A DNA stretch of 64,000 nucleotides, from positions 32,001-96,000 of IMG/VR virus record IMGVR_UViG_3300037067_007264. One strand, given 5' to 3'. The position numbers and the translations under genes are program-made. The notes under the pieces were generated by a model, which was not told the DNA's origin, did not search any database, and saw nothing but the letters and a program-made list of their open reading frames with translations. Origin of the DNA: a virus (Duplodnaviria; Caudoviricetes). Of this stretch, positions 1 through 9,010 are shown piece by piece (the first letter of the stretch is position 1; each line of letters starts with the position of its first letter).

Positions 1-2
1 TC

Positions 3-863
3 TTCCTCCTCTTGAATAGATCGTACAGAACGATCGATCATGTCGAATCTTCGTTCCCTTATGTCACCTATGTTGATCTGGGGGCTACTCTGAAGTTCGA
101 ACGTTGGTACGTGAACTCGAGTTGCTTGAAGCCGTTCAACGGCACGTGGGTTGACGACTCCCATCCCAACCCTCTCGTGCACCGTGAACCCCATGGATAG
201 AGATCCCGGTGGATCCGCAGCGAGTACTGTCAGTTCAGTTCTTAATGGGAACTCTCCCATGAACTCTTGACTGAAAGCTCTATCTGCGTCCTCTGTGAAT
301 CTCCTCTGAGCCAGGGTGATCTCAGATCGATCACCCCCAATTGCAATATCAACCCCAGCTACAATTCCGATTGGAGGGGTCGAGAGTAAGGACAAATCCT
401 CACGGGTGATTAATCCAGTAGCTGGATCCACTCCGACAAGATCCCCAGGATGTAGTGGAACCCCACTATTGAACGAGGCCCCATCATCAAACGTTATCGC
501 GTCAACGGTGCGCCCCCGCAAACTATCTGGTCTCGAATGCCTGTCACCAAACCTAGGTTGATTATCCCTAACAACCTCGTACCTGCCACTCTCGTTTGGT
601 ACGAGATGAGATACCTGAAGTGGCATCCATACGTTAGCAGGTAATTGTAGAATACCCTTTCTCCTGATTAACTCTGCAACTGCTGGATTCTCAGGGCCAA
701 ACCCAAGGAAAGAGGCTGTGAGTATAGTTATTGGGTTATCCTGACTATCTGTAACCTCACAGTTTGTGAGCATAGGATCGTTTCGGATGAGTGCCCACTC
801 GGCGTATAGTTGGGTCCTATCGTTTGCAAGTAAGCTAGGGTACTCAATCCTCCACGTTGGCAT
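3..863 (-). CDS. Hypothetical protein with major-capsid-like segments (partial, runs off left edge)
   Basis: Translated by hand (absent from the ORF track): ATG at 863, MPTWRIEYPSLL..., open to the window edge. Contains GEFPLRTELTVLAADP...GFTVHERVGMGVVNPRAV and RVHVPTFELQSSPQINIGDIRERRFDMIDRS. GGTGTA motif 11 nt upstream. Confidence 0.75.
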   Translation of the reverse strand, partial: MPTWRIEYPSLLANDRTQLYAEWALIRNDPMLTNCEVTDSQDNPITILTASFLGFGPENPAVAELIRRKGILQLPANVWMPLQVSHLVPNESGRYEVVRDNQPRFGDRHSRPDSLRGRTVDAITFDDGASFNSGVPLHPGDLVGVDPATGLITREDLSLLSTPPIGIVAGVDIAIGGDRSEITLAQRRFTEDADRAFSQEFMGEFPLRTELTVLAADPPGSLSMGFTVHERVGMGVVNPRAVERLQATRVHVPTFELQSSPQINIGDIRERRFDMIDRSVRSIQEEE

Positions 864-874
864 GAACCACTTCT

Positions 875-886
875 TACACCGGTGTA
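875..886. promoter_or_regulatory. Palindromic double GGTGTA motif (TACACCGGTGTA) serving divergent genes
   Basis: Motif lies 11 nt from ATG 863(-) and 10 nt from ATG 897(+). Confidence 0.7.
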
Positions 887-896
887 GTGGTAACCC

Positions 897-1283
897 ATGC
901 CTCGGATTAAAGACCCCTGGAAAGCCCCAAAGGATGATAGTTGGATTGCAGTGGGAAGTAAGATAATCCCACTACCACCATCAAGGATTACCTCACTGTT
1001 CCCTGAAGGTCCTGATTGGGTGTGCAAGAACTTGCCTGAAAACCCCACACCTTATGATATGCCTGTGTTCATAATCACACGAATACAGACAGTAGCTAGT
1101 GGGAACAATTACATTCACTTTGAACGTGAAGGTAACTCTCGGATCACCATCACTCGTTGGGCAAAGGACATCTTAGATAAGTGGAGGCCAGCCCCAAAAC
1201 CACAAGTATTGCGTAGAAAGAAAGAGAAGATTGTTTCAGAGAGACCACCTCCGACGCGGTTTGAGCGGGAAGATGTAATCTAG
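897..1283 (+). CDS. Hypothetical protein, C-terminal tag PTRFEREDVI
   Basis: ORF, upstream GGTGTA, shared C-terminal motif. Confidence 0.85.
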   Translation: MPRIKDPWKAPKDDSWIAVGSKIIPLPPSRITSLFPEGPDWVCKNLPENPTPYDMPVFIITRIQTVASGNNYIHFEREGNSRITITRWAKDILDKWRPAPKPQVLRRKKEKIVSERPPPTRFEREDVI

Positions 1284-1642
1284 GATGCTAGTGATTGAGC
1301 TACTACAATGCAGCCTTCAACTTGATTTACAGAAGCTTGACAGTTTTCTAACCCGCCGATGAATCCAAAGAGGTTCAAGATCTCGGTGATAGCTGCAGGA
1401 TGAGGGAAGGATCCTTGAGTTGGGACTGACATAGAAATGTGTCGGTAAACTTCACTAGAGACAGGATCCTTCGTCAACGAGAAGACTATCCTGTAGTCCC
1501 CGAGTTGAAGAGTATGTTCTTTCGTATCTCCAGGAATCTTGGCAGCAGATCCTGGACGATAGAGGTTCTCGGGGCGTGATGCAAACTCTACTACTTTGGC
1601 AGCAGTACTCTTAGCGTAGTCATCAATGATCAGGATTCTCAT
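1280..1642 (-). CDS. Hypothetical protein
   Basis: 120-aa ORF; 4-nt convergent stop overlap; ATG abuts the upstream TAA. Confidence 0.75.
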   Translation of the reverse strand: MRILIIDDYAKSTAAKVVEFASRPENLYRPGSAAKIPGDTKEHTLQLGDYRIVFSLTKDPVSSEVYRHISMSVPTQGSFPHPAAITEILNLFGFIGGLENCQASVNQVEGCIVVAQSLAS

Positions 1643-1988
1643 TTAGATTACATCCTCGCGTAGGACACGGTGAAGTCTAGTCTCCTCCTCTGGGTGAAGG
1701 ATTACCCAAACATCTTCAACGAAAAATGTTCGACTTCCCCTTCTTAGACCGTAGGCTTAGCATGTCTTGGTTGACAACATCGGTGAATAACTTGACCCTA
1801 TGAAGGGTAACCAAGCTAGTTGAACACGGGTATCCGAGTATGTCCAGCAAGATTGCATAGTCTTCCTTGTGGATCCCAATTCCCGTAATGTCCTCTGGTT
1901 GGGTCTTCAGTATGGCCAAGATGACCTGCACTAGCCTCCTCCCTTTGCTAATGGTCGGCAAGTCGATAGGCGGAAGGTTAGTCATCAT
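1643..1988 (-). CDS. Hypothetical protein with +1 frameshift (programmed or indel) ending in tag ETRLHRVLREDVI
   Basis: The zero frame stops at TGA 1718-1716 after ATT TTT CGT. The +1 frame continues ...FVEDVWVILHPEEETRLHRVLREDVI to TAA 1645-1643, directly abutting the next ATG. Confidence 0.6.
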
Positions 1989-2733
1989 CCATCAGAATTC
2001 GTTCAAACCGGGTTCTTGGTTCCATTGGGATCTCAGAAGGTAGCCAATGTTTGCAAAAAGTCTCCGCGTCAAGTCTCCTGGGAGGTCCGTAATCTCTCCA
2101 GACCTGGTACTCTACCATAGCTGGATTGTAGGGAGTCCTCTCTATATTCCTTGGCTCGGTGGCCACAATGATTGCATAATCATTCCCGTTCTTTACCCAG
2201 GAACCAGTATCAACCCAATCTGGAGGGTTGAAGTCACTTACCGAGTCCTCATCATAGCTGGACAAGGCCCCCGCTGGCAGTTCGTCAACCATAAACACCC
2301 GTCGAGCCATTCCAGAGTAATCAAGACTTCTTCGGAGAGGGGCTAACATCGCCTGTGCAAGTGCCTGTCTTCCAGATGATGATTGGATGTACTCACTGAT
2401 GATGTTAGCCCTAACTTGAGGATCCATAGTAACCCCATTTGAATTAGGGGTTGATCCTAAGAGGTTATCCGAATGGAATGAGTATCTTCGATCAGTGGGT
2501 TGACCCCTCTGTATAGATTGCTGACGATTGTATAGCTCATGGAGGCTACCATCAAAGGTTGACTCCGCATCATCAACAAGCTGAACATCTAAGACGAAAG
2601 AACCATCATAGTAGTGTGTATAAGCTGTGAGCACGTTCCGGTCTTGGGCAAACCGGTGCCGATCAGCCCGAGCTTGAATCCGATGATCTAGTCCATCTCT
2701 ATACTGAAGACGCCAAAAGGCTCCGGCTGGCAT
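1978..2733 (-). CDS. Hypothetical protein with capsid-N-terminus-like segment and C-terminal tag TRFERILMDDD
   Basis: Segment IISEYIQSSSGRQALAQAMLAPLRRSLDYSGMARRVFMVDELPAGALSSYD; N-terminus resembles ORF 3..863. Confidence 0.8.
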   Translation of the reverse strand: MPAGAFWRLQYRDGLDHRIQARADRHRFAQDRNVLTAYTHYYDGSFVLDVQLVDDAESTFDGSLHELYNRQQSIQRGQPTDRRYSFHSDNLLGSTPNSNGVTMDPQVRANIISEYIQSSSGRQALAQAMLAPLRRSLDYSGMARRVFMVDELPAGALSSYDEDSVSDFNPPDWVDTGSWVKNGNDYAIIVATEPRNIERTPYNPAMVEYQVWRDYGPPRRLDAETFCKHWLPSEIPMEPRTRFERILMDDD

Positions 2734-2735
2734 TA

Positions 2736-3203
2736 CTACTGTCTCTTGAACCTAGGGTGGTACTCACCATCAGGCCAGAGTACTAACTCGGCCCACTCTC
2801 GTAGAGGACGAACAAAGGTTCCTTCAGTGCTCTCATACACCACAGCCTTCTCTTCTTTAGGGCCCTGTAGAAGAAGCGCTACTGAATATACAGTGTAGAG
2901 AGATCCCTTAAAGTGTTGGTAAGAGCCAGGAGAGGGTTTCCACCCTTCTTCAGCTTCCCCTCTCCAAATACATCGTAGTAGCTTTTCAGCCCTCTCTGTA
3001 TCCTCATCAGTAACTTGTATATGAGGTTCAACATCTGTGTAGAAGTTCAAAAACTTCGTTAGCAGAGGAGGATCAGAACCACATACCTGCTTGGCTCTCT
3101 TCTCAGCTTCAAGGATAGAAGACTCAGGGATCACTCCCGGTTGTTTACGAAGAGCGTAAGCAGCTAGTGTACGGTAAGGGTTGCTTATGCTAGGGGTAGC
3201 CAT
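2736..3203 (-). CDS. DUF1653-domain protein
   Basis: C-terminal GSYQHFKGSLYTV...VVYES...FVRP...PRF pattern typical of DUF1653. Confidence 0.75.
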   Translation of the reverse strand: MATPSISNPYRTLAAYALRKQPGVIPESSILEAEKRAKQVCGSDPPLLTKFLNFYTDVEPHIQVTDEDTERAEKLLRCIWRGEAEEGWKPSPGSYQHFKGSLYTVYSVALLLQGPKEEKAVVYESTEGTFVRPLREWAELVLWPDGEYHPRFKRQ

Positions 3204-3257
3204 TCCCCCCTAACTACACCGATGCCTACCCCTTATAGATTCGAGTGTGTAGTGCTT

Positions 3258-3361
3258 GTGCAGAGGGCTTTTCAGCCTTCTGCACCTAAATTAATTGACG
3301 GCCCTAGGAGACTCCCAACCCTTGAGGGGGGGCGGAGCTGGAAGTCCACTCTAGAACCGTC
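3258..3361 (-). ncRNA. Candidate structured RNA plus hairpin
   Basis: On the - strand GACGGUUCUAG pairs with CUAGGGCCGUC (3361-3297) using G-U pairs, followed by a second hairpin at 3285-3258; intergenic. Confidence 0.35.
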
Positions 3362-3427
3362 GAAGATTGAAAGATACCTCAAGAGTAGGCAGGAGTAAAC
3401 AACTTTCTACCCGGTGTATCAAAAAAG

Positions 3428-3943
3428 ATGGATTCAATACTGTTTTACTCCCCCAAGGAAACCCCATACGGGTGCTTCTCAAACTTTTCCAGGCATACTC
3501 TTGAGTTCGAGGATCGAACTTGGAGAACCTCTGAAGCTCCATTCCAAGCAATGAAGTTCTTTCCGCATAGAATGGACCTCGTTGATCAGATCCATAGGGC
3601 ACTAACCCCTACGGAAACAGCTATCATTGGTCGAGATCGGTCTAACCCACTGCGAGAAGATTGGGACAACCTACTTACAGAGGTACCCCTAGATGACAAT
3701 CTTGTGGACGATGGTCGTGGTCCCTCCAAGGTCCTTGAACGTGTCAAAGACTTGGTGATGTATCGCGTCGTGTTAGCCAAGTTTAGTCAAAATAAGGAGT
3801 GCCAAAGAATCCTTTTGAGCACTGGAGATCGCCCCATCATCGAGGATGCTATTCATGATCCTTACTGGGGTTGGGGTAGCTCTAAGACTGGAGTCAACCG
3901 ACTTGGAAAGATTCACATGGTTGTTCGTAGGGTTCTTAAATAA
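3428..3943 (+). CDS. NADAR family protein (YbiA-like)
   Basis: FSNF, W-x-TSE-x-x-FQAMKF, LREDW, KFSQN, LLSTGD, E-x4-D-x-YWG, G-x-N-x-LGK motifs. Confidence 0.92.
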   Translation: MDSILFYSPKETPYGCFSNFSRHTLEFEDRTWRTSEAPFQAMKFFPHRMDLVDQIHRALTPTETAIIGRDRSNPLREDWDNLLTEVPLDDNLVDDGRGPSKVLERVKDLVMYRVVLAKFSQNKECQRILLSTGDRPIIEDAIHDPYWGWGSSKTGVNRLGKIHMVVRRVLK

Positions 3944-4331
3944 CGTCAGGCCTTTCGAATCTGGTTGGGGCAGCTACCTCCACTAAGAACCCCTCTTGTT
4001 CAAAAGCCCACTTGAGCATGGTATAGGCTTCTTTGAGACCCGATCCCGTCATGGTCACTACTTGGGACCCGTTCTTGGCTCGAACCTCTTTCTGGGGTAC
4101 CAAGTAGACCTTGTTGACAAACCGCTTCCAACTTGTAGGAACTGGAACCTTGAACTCCCCAGTCGATTGTTCACCATATTCGGACGCAAATAAGAATAGA
4201 CAAGGGGCTGAATCACCCGTAATTATTATAGTTTCTCCAACGAGGTCCCTTCCAATTCGCACTAACTCCCCTTCGGCCAGACTCTTAGTCGGCTTTGGGC
4301 GATTCTGGGAATTGAAAAGAGGTGAAGCCAC
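3936..4331 (-). CDS. Hypothetical protein, C-terminal tag PTRFERPDVI
   Basis: ORF, upstream GGTGTA, shared motif. Confidence 0.85.
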   Translation of the reverse strand: MASPLFNSQNRPKPTKSLAEGELVRIGRDLVGETIIITGDSAPCLFLFASEYGEQSTGEFKVPVPTSWKRFVNKVYLVPQKEVRAKNGSQVVTMTGSGLKEAYTMLKWAFEQEGFLVEVAAPTRFERPDVI

Positions 4332-4476
4332 GAGCGGAGTCTACACCTTTTTGGCTCCATTGCAAAAACTTAGTGCAAACCGAGGACTTCTGGTGTAGTT
4401 CTCAACAAAACCTGGTCATAGCCAAACCAGATTTTGTGAGTGGTAGTTGAAGGTATAGAGTAATTTAGGAGGAACC

Positions 4477-4833
4477 ATGCCATTGAGTCGAGAAGCGCAA
4501 CAAGTTTCCAGTGATTTATCAGAAGCAGGCGAGGTATTTCGTGAGCGAAAGATCAGCGGTGCTCTTGACCCAGTTGCATTGACTATTGAAATAGCCAGAC
4601 TTATCGGGGAGGAGCGACGAGGGAGGGTGAGCACGACTGGATCAAGGACTCTCACTACGGGAACAGATCCAGTTTCTGTGGCTCGAACCCACCCGAGGGT
4701 TCCCTTTGCTCCAACCGCTGAACCCTTAGTTGAGACAGAACCAAAGCGGTCCCATAGGAAAAAGGAAGTCAAGGTTCCTGTAGCTCCAAGGTCAGAACCT
4801 AAGGCGAGGAAGAGACCCTCTCGTCGACGCTAA
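4477..4833 (+). CDS. Hypothetical protein with basic C-terminal tail
   Basis: Strong SD (AGGAGG) before ATG; hairpin after stop. Confidence 0.75.
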   Translation: MPLSREAQQVSSDLSEAGEVFRERKISGALDPVALTIEIARLIGEERRGRVSTTGSRTLTTGTDPVSVARTHPRVPFAPTAEPLVETEPKRSHRKKEVKVPVAPRSEPKARKRPSRRR

Positions 4834-4838
4834 GCTCT

Positions 4839-4878
4839 CAATTGGGTCAGGGGAAGTTGTGGTTCTCTGACCCAATTG
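4839..4878 (+). terminator. Putative intrinsic terminator hairpin
   Basis: caattgggtcagggga / ttctctgacccaattg stem followed by a T-rich tract. Confidence 0.55.
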
Positions 4879-4903
4879 TTCTTCTACTATAAGGGAACAG
4901 AAA

Positions 4904-5284
4904 GTGAGGATTCTTTTTCTAGATGATAATCCAGCTCGTCATAAGTTGATGGATAGAAGACATCCCTTAGACGAGATCCTACACGTTTATGACCTCGATG
5001 AATACAGAGAGGCTTTATCCAAGTATGATAGTTTTGACGTGATTAGCCTCGACTATGACCTGAACGACTTTACAGAGATCCATAATCATAGGAGTTATAT
5101 AGGTGATAGTGAAGGGAATGGGCGAGATGCTTGTGGTTACTTGATCAAGTTCCTCCACAAATCTCCAGAAGAGATTCTCATCCACTCATCCAATACAGAT
5201 GGATCTATTGAGATGATGCTATTTCTGTACAGTCGAGGGGTTGCAAGTAGGCGAGTTGTCTTCAATGATAACCCGGATCAGTAG
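4904..5284 (+). CDS. Cyclic-phosphate-processing receiver-like domain protein
   Basis: LFLDD...R, ISLDYDL, G-x-D, IHSSN-x-x-G signature. Confidence 0.75.
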   Translation: MRILFLDDNPARHKLMDRRHPLDEILHVYDLDEYREALSKYDSFDVISLDYDLNDFTEIHNHRSYIGDSEGNGRDACGYLIKFLHKSPEEILIHSSNTDGSIEMMLFLYSRGVASRRVVFNDNPDQ

Positions 5285-5517
5285 CTGTCTGACTTGAGTG
5301 GGGTCAAGCACTCACACTCTTTGCACAGGTAGTGACCATCTGATTCACAATTACCACTGGCGATACCATACTTGAAGTACTCACAGGGATTGAGGGTATC
5401 TCTGACACTTTGCTGTCCGACGATACACCCATCGTATAGAGGCAGGTAGACGGGTTTGGTTTGCTTCAAGTCATAGGGCATATGACTCTCGCTTAGGATT
5501 CTGTCGAACCGATTCAC
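5278..5517 (-). CDS. Small Cys-rich protein; N-terminal copy of the RFDRIL motif
   Basis: ORF starts (V/M)NRFDRILSE; C-x-S-D-G-H-x-x-C-x-x-C. Confidence 0.6.
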   Translation of the reverse strand: MNRFDRILSESHMPYDLKQTKPVYLPLYDGCIVGQQSVRDTLNPCEYFKYGIASGNCESDGHYLCKECECLTPLKSDSY

Positions 5518-5548
5518 CTAGATAGCATCCTCATATGGGGCCCTTTAA

Positions 5549-5839
5549 TTATTCTCGATTGTCATTACGCATCTCATCGATGCTGCAGACCCCATTCATC
5601 CACAAGACCCCTTGGATGAAGCATAGCCACCGTTCCGCCTTGCCATAGGTACCCTCACTCACTTGTTCTTCGATGATACTGCACATCCACAACACATGGG
5701 TGAGACTCACTATCCTGTTGTACTCTAGGCAATCCCTTTCGAGAGTGATCTTCATCTCTGTTGGGAACTTCGATGGGGTATACCCGACAAGAAGTTCCTT
5801 GTACCTCTGGCAAGCCGCTAAAATCTTTTCTGGAGTCAT
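5549..5839 (-). CDS. Hypothetical protein
   Basis: Start moved to MTPEK (GGTGTTA variant upstream); H-x-x-WMC and K-x-x-RWL-x-F-x-QG-x-LW pattern. Confidence 0.75.
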   Translation of the reverse strand: MTPEKILAACQRYKELLVGYTPSKFPTEMKITLERDCLEYNRIVSLTHVLWMCSIIEEQVSEGTYGKAERWLCFIQGVLWMNGVCSIDEMRNDNRE

Positions 5840-5858
5840 GATCAGGATAACACCGGAG

Positions 5859-7889
5859 TCACGAGACCAAGTCACCAAGCTCGTCGGAGAACTCCTCAAG
5901 GATGTCCACCACAGGATCCCCCTTCGACAGGGCTGGTGGGTGGGATGACAGGATACTTGTTGCTAGGTCATCTAACTCGGCATCATTCAAGTCCGAGGAA
6001 TTGGGTACTGGATCATCGCTCAAGTCGATGCTGTCAAAGTCAATCTCCTCGACCGGGTCCACCTTAGGGGGCTCACTCTTAGCCTGTTGTTTGGATTTCC
6101 TCTGTTGAACCTGCTCTTTGGTGATCCCAGGTGCTCCACCATGACCGTTTTCGCAGACGTCTCCGTGAATAGTCTTGAACTGAGGGTTCAGACAATCTTC
6201 ACAGAACAACCCGTTAAACTCGAGGGAGCGCTTTGAGTTGGTGAGCCTTTCAACGGAAGTTTTGGCTTCTTGGATGATCTCCAACAACAAGTCTCTGGTC
6301 TCTACTGGGTCATCAACTTCAGTGATGTCACTGACAAGAGACCGACTCAGAAGGAGTTGCCCTTTGATGTCCGTGGGTAAGCCAGGGACGTATGGGTTCT
6401 GATCTGCTGGGGCTAGAGGGGCAATGGCTCCAATGTCTTTGAGAAAGGTGTCTAAGCTCGAGTGGAGTCCCACTAGGTCTTCAGTGATAGTCTTATTGAG
6501 TGTAATGTCACCTAGGAGGGCTTCTATAGTAGCCCGAGCAATTGCTATGCGGTGTTCGTGAGACTTTTCTACTAGGAGGTCAATGGACCTTTCAAAAGCA
6601 ATCCTGAGGGAGTCCGCTAGTTTAGTCTTACCAGCTTCTGTCATCAGGTACCGGGCTATAATCTTGTCCTTAGCCTCCTTCATCTCTACAACATTGGAGA
6701 GTTCTGAATCTTTTGACGCCACAGGGATTTTGGAAAGATTCTCTTTCCACAGAGTTCTATTCTCTGGGCTGCTATCGATCTTAATCACATCGATTGGGAT
6801 CTCGGTGTGGAGGTCTATGATCCCAGTGGGCTTCGGAAGTGGAGGCGGATCCTGGGGTTCACTTCCGGACGGATCAGTGAGGTCTAGACCAGCGTCAAAA
6901 AGGTCCTGGGCTTCGTCCTGACCTTCGTAGGAGTCAGGGACTTCATCAACTGATGGTTCCGGTTCTGGTACAGGGGGTTCGACAGTAGTAGGTTGGGTGC
7001 TAACAACCTCAGGCACGTCAACAACCGGCTCTTCTACCTGAATTATTACATCCTCAAATGAAGGTTCCGGTTCGGGAGGTGTGGGTGGTTCGACGGGTGC
7101 TACCCTTTTGACCACGGTCAACTTAGGTGCTGGCTTTTCAGGTGCTGGTTTGGAGATGGCTTCCTGAAAGGTATCCGAGAACTTCTTGGGAGGAGGGTTC
7201 TCGAGATATCTAAGTACATCAGCTCGGACAGGATCACGTTGTTCTCGAGCGGCTTCCTCTTCGGCAAAGGTAATGGCTCTAGCAACAGTGGTAGCCGGAA
7301 TCTTGTTGTTGAATACCTTTATTCGGATCCCATCTGGGACGAGAGGGCTGTTCTTTACCATGACCAAGGCATCGGCAGTCTTGACTGTAATGCCTAACTG
7401 AGCAGCAACCTCTTTAGGACTCTCAATCTTGGGAGCATCTGCCTTTGGGCGTCCAGGTTTTCTCTTGAGTACAGACTCGTACTCACTTCTCCACAGGTCC
7501 CAGATGGCCGCTTTTCTTTCTGGCGTGAATTGTCGTCGATCCAAGTTTGACCTGATGAGATACAAGACTTCATCAGCTTCACTCTCGAAGTCTTCATGAA
7601 CTCTAACCGGAATCAGAGACTCTTTGATGAGTTCCCTAATATCCTTGAAGTTCTTAAACTTCTCGGCGAGGGTCCACAAGAACCCTGCATACCTTAAGTT
7701 GCCTGAGAGAATGGTTCCATCAGCCTTGATGATCAGTGGTTCTTGGATACCGTCTCTGGCAATGGATTCCCGAATTGCCAAAAAATTAGGATCGGCGGAT
7801 GGTTCAAGGAAGTACTTTAGGTTGAATGGGTGTGGGACTAAGTCCCCTACTTTTCTGAGTTCAATCTTATTCATGCTCACCAGTCCCAT
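5859..7889 (-). CDS. ParB/Srx N-terminal domain protein with long acidic/Pro-rich region and capsid-like helix
   Basis: L-x-PHP-x-N, ESI-x-x-DGI-x-EPL, ILSGNLR, SNL-x-RR, followed by an HTH-like segment (KEVAAQLGIT). Confidence 0.8.
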   Translation of the reverse strand: MGLVSMNKIELRKVGDLVPHPFNLKYFLEPSADPNFLAIRESIARDGIQEPLIIKADGTILSGNLRYAGFLWTLAEKFKNFKDIRELIKESLIPVRVHEDFESEADEVLYLIRSNLDRRQFTPERKAAIWDLWRSEYESVLKRKPGRPKADAPKIESPKEVAAQLGITVKTADALVMVKNSPLVPDGIRIKVFNNKIPATTVARAITFAEEEAAREQRDPVRADVLRYLENPPPKKFSDTFQEAISKPAPEKPAPKLTVVKRVAPVEPPTPPEPEPSFEDVIIQVEEPVVDVPEVVSTQPTTVEPPVPEPEPSVDEVPDSYEGQDEAQDLFDAGLDLTDPSGSEPQDPPPLPKPTGIIDLHTEIPIDVIKIDSSPENRTLWKENLSKIPVASKDSELSNVVEMKEAKDKIIARYLMTEAGKTKLADSLRIAFERSIDLLVEKSHEHRIAIARATIEALLGDITLNKTITEDLVGLHSSLDTFLKDIGAIAPLAPADQNPYVPGLPTDIKGQLLLSRSLVSDITEVDDPVETRDLLLEIIQEAKTSVERLTNSKRSLEFNGLFCEDCLNPQFKTIHGDVCENGHGGAPGITKEQVQQRKSKQQAKSEPPKVDPVEEIDFDSIDLSDDPVPNSSDLNDAELDDLATSILSSHPPALSKGDPVVDILEEFSDELGDLVS

Positions 7890-7934
7890 AATCTAGTTAC
7901 ACCACTATCCAAGTTGGTGTATAGTATCTGTGCA

Positions 7935-8240
7935 ATGAGTCACGTCTGGACATGGGTTCATGCCAACCCAGGATTTACTACCATCCTGCTACTCTCGGCT
8001 CTTATAGCTACATACATTTTGATATCCACTATCTCTAATCACATTCTTCTTGGGTGGAAAGCATTTTTCGCAAACTCTGCTCCACAAGAACCTGATGACG
8101 ATGATTCGGATGATGAGGGTTCTGATGACGAGAGGATACCTTCAGAGGAAACCCGTTCAGTTGACCTAGTTAGATCACCTCAATCTTCTACCGATACAGG
8201 CAAACACCCAACTCGGTTTGACAGGATCAATAACTCCTGA
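7935..8240 (+). CDS. Membrane protein, C-terminal tag PTRFDRINNS
   Basis: One hydrophobic helix, acidic linker, tag; GGTGTA upstream. Confidence 0.8.
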   Translation: MSHVWTWVHANPGFTTILLLSALIATYILISTISNHILLGWKAFFANSAPQEPDDDDSDDEGSDDERIPSEETRSVDLVRSPQSSTDTGKHPTRFDRINNS

Positions 8241-8258
8241 ATTGCTATCAGTTAACAA

Positions 8259-8480
8259 ATGCCAACGTGTATACTCTGTGGTCAGCCAGCGGACTACCTT
8301 CTGATCTATGACTTAGTGGAGCACCGCGTTGAGATAGTATTCTGCTCACCTCACCTGGAATCTATACACGCTGAGATGCCAGAGCAGGAAGAATCTGGCA
8401 AGTTAAAAGTGAGGGTTGAGAAAATCACCAACGACAGTATCGTACCCGGCCCTCGAGTGGCTAGATTCCCCTCACCCTAA
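8259..8480 (+). CDS. Small putative Zn-binding protein
   Basis: CxxC...CxxH. Confidence 0.65.
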   Translation: MPTCILCGQPADYLLIYDLVEHRVEIVFCSPHLESIHAEMPEQEESGKLKVRVEKITNDSIVPGPRVARFPSP

Positions 8481-9010
8481 GATTCTACAGGGTAGCAGAG
8501 AAGGCAACGGGTATCATAAGACTCTTCTCCCCCAATTAGTATTAGATCTTCTGACTGAACCTTTCGATGCGTTCTATTAGAAGCACCGCCGCAGATTGAA
8601 CACTTTGCTGTTAGTTTCAGGACTACGTCAGCATATGAGAGAAGGATAGGCATTACTCCAAATGGGAGCCCGCGGTAATCAAGATCCAAACCTGAAAGAG
8701 TGACATGGATTCCCATTCTAAGAAGCTTCAGGACCTGCTTCATAGCTGACTCATTAAGGAACTGAGCCTCATCCACAAATATTTGAGAAACCCCGTCTTC
8801 TTGTACATCTAACAAGTCCAGATCAGTCCAAAGAGCTGGGATCCTTGTACCCCTATGAGACTCTATGAACCCATCCTCATGTCGGGTATCCGTGATTGGT
8901 TTGTAAATCCCGCGTTCCTCTTCTGGCAGGGATCTCGCCATTGCAATCAGATTCTCTGTTTTTTCTGAAAACATGGGACCAGTTAGTACTCGTAGACGTC
9001 CGACTCTCAT
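8477..9010 (-). CDS. tdk: Thymidine kinase (type II)
   Basis: TGPMFS(E)KT, KP-x-x-DTR, VDEAQF, GLD-x-DYRG-x-PF, C-x-x-C...IGG-x-E-x-Y...C. Confidence 0.95.
   Translation of the reverse strand: MRVGRLRVLTGPMFSEKTENLIAMARSLPEEERGIYKPITDTRHEDGFIESHRGTRIPALWTDLDLLDVQEDGVSQIFVDEAQFLNESAMKQVLKLLRMGIHVTLSGLDLDYRGLPFGVMPILLSYADVVLKLTAKCSICGGASNRTHRKVQSEDLILIGGEESYDTRCLLCYPVES

Noticed and set aside
1280-1642. Response-regulator call from the MRILIIDD N-terminus
   Set aside because: The rest of the protein lacks the receiver Asp, Thr/Ser and KP motifs.
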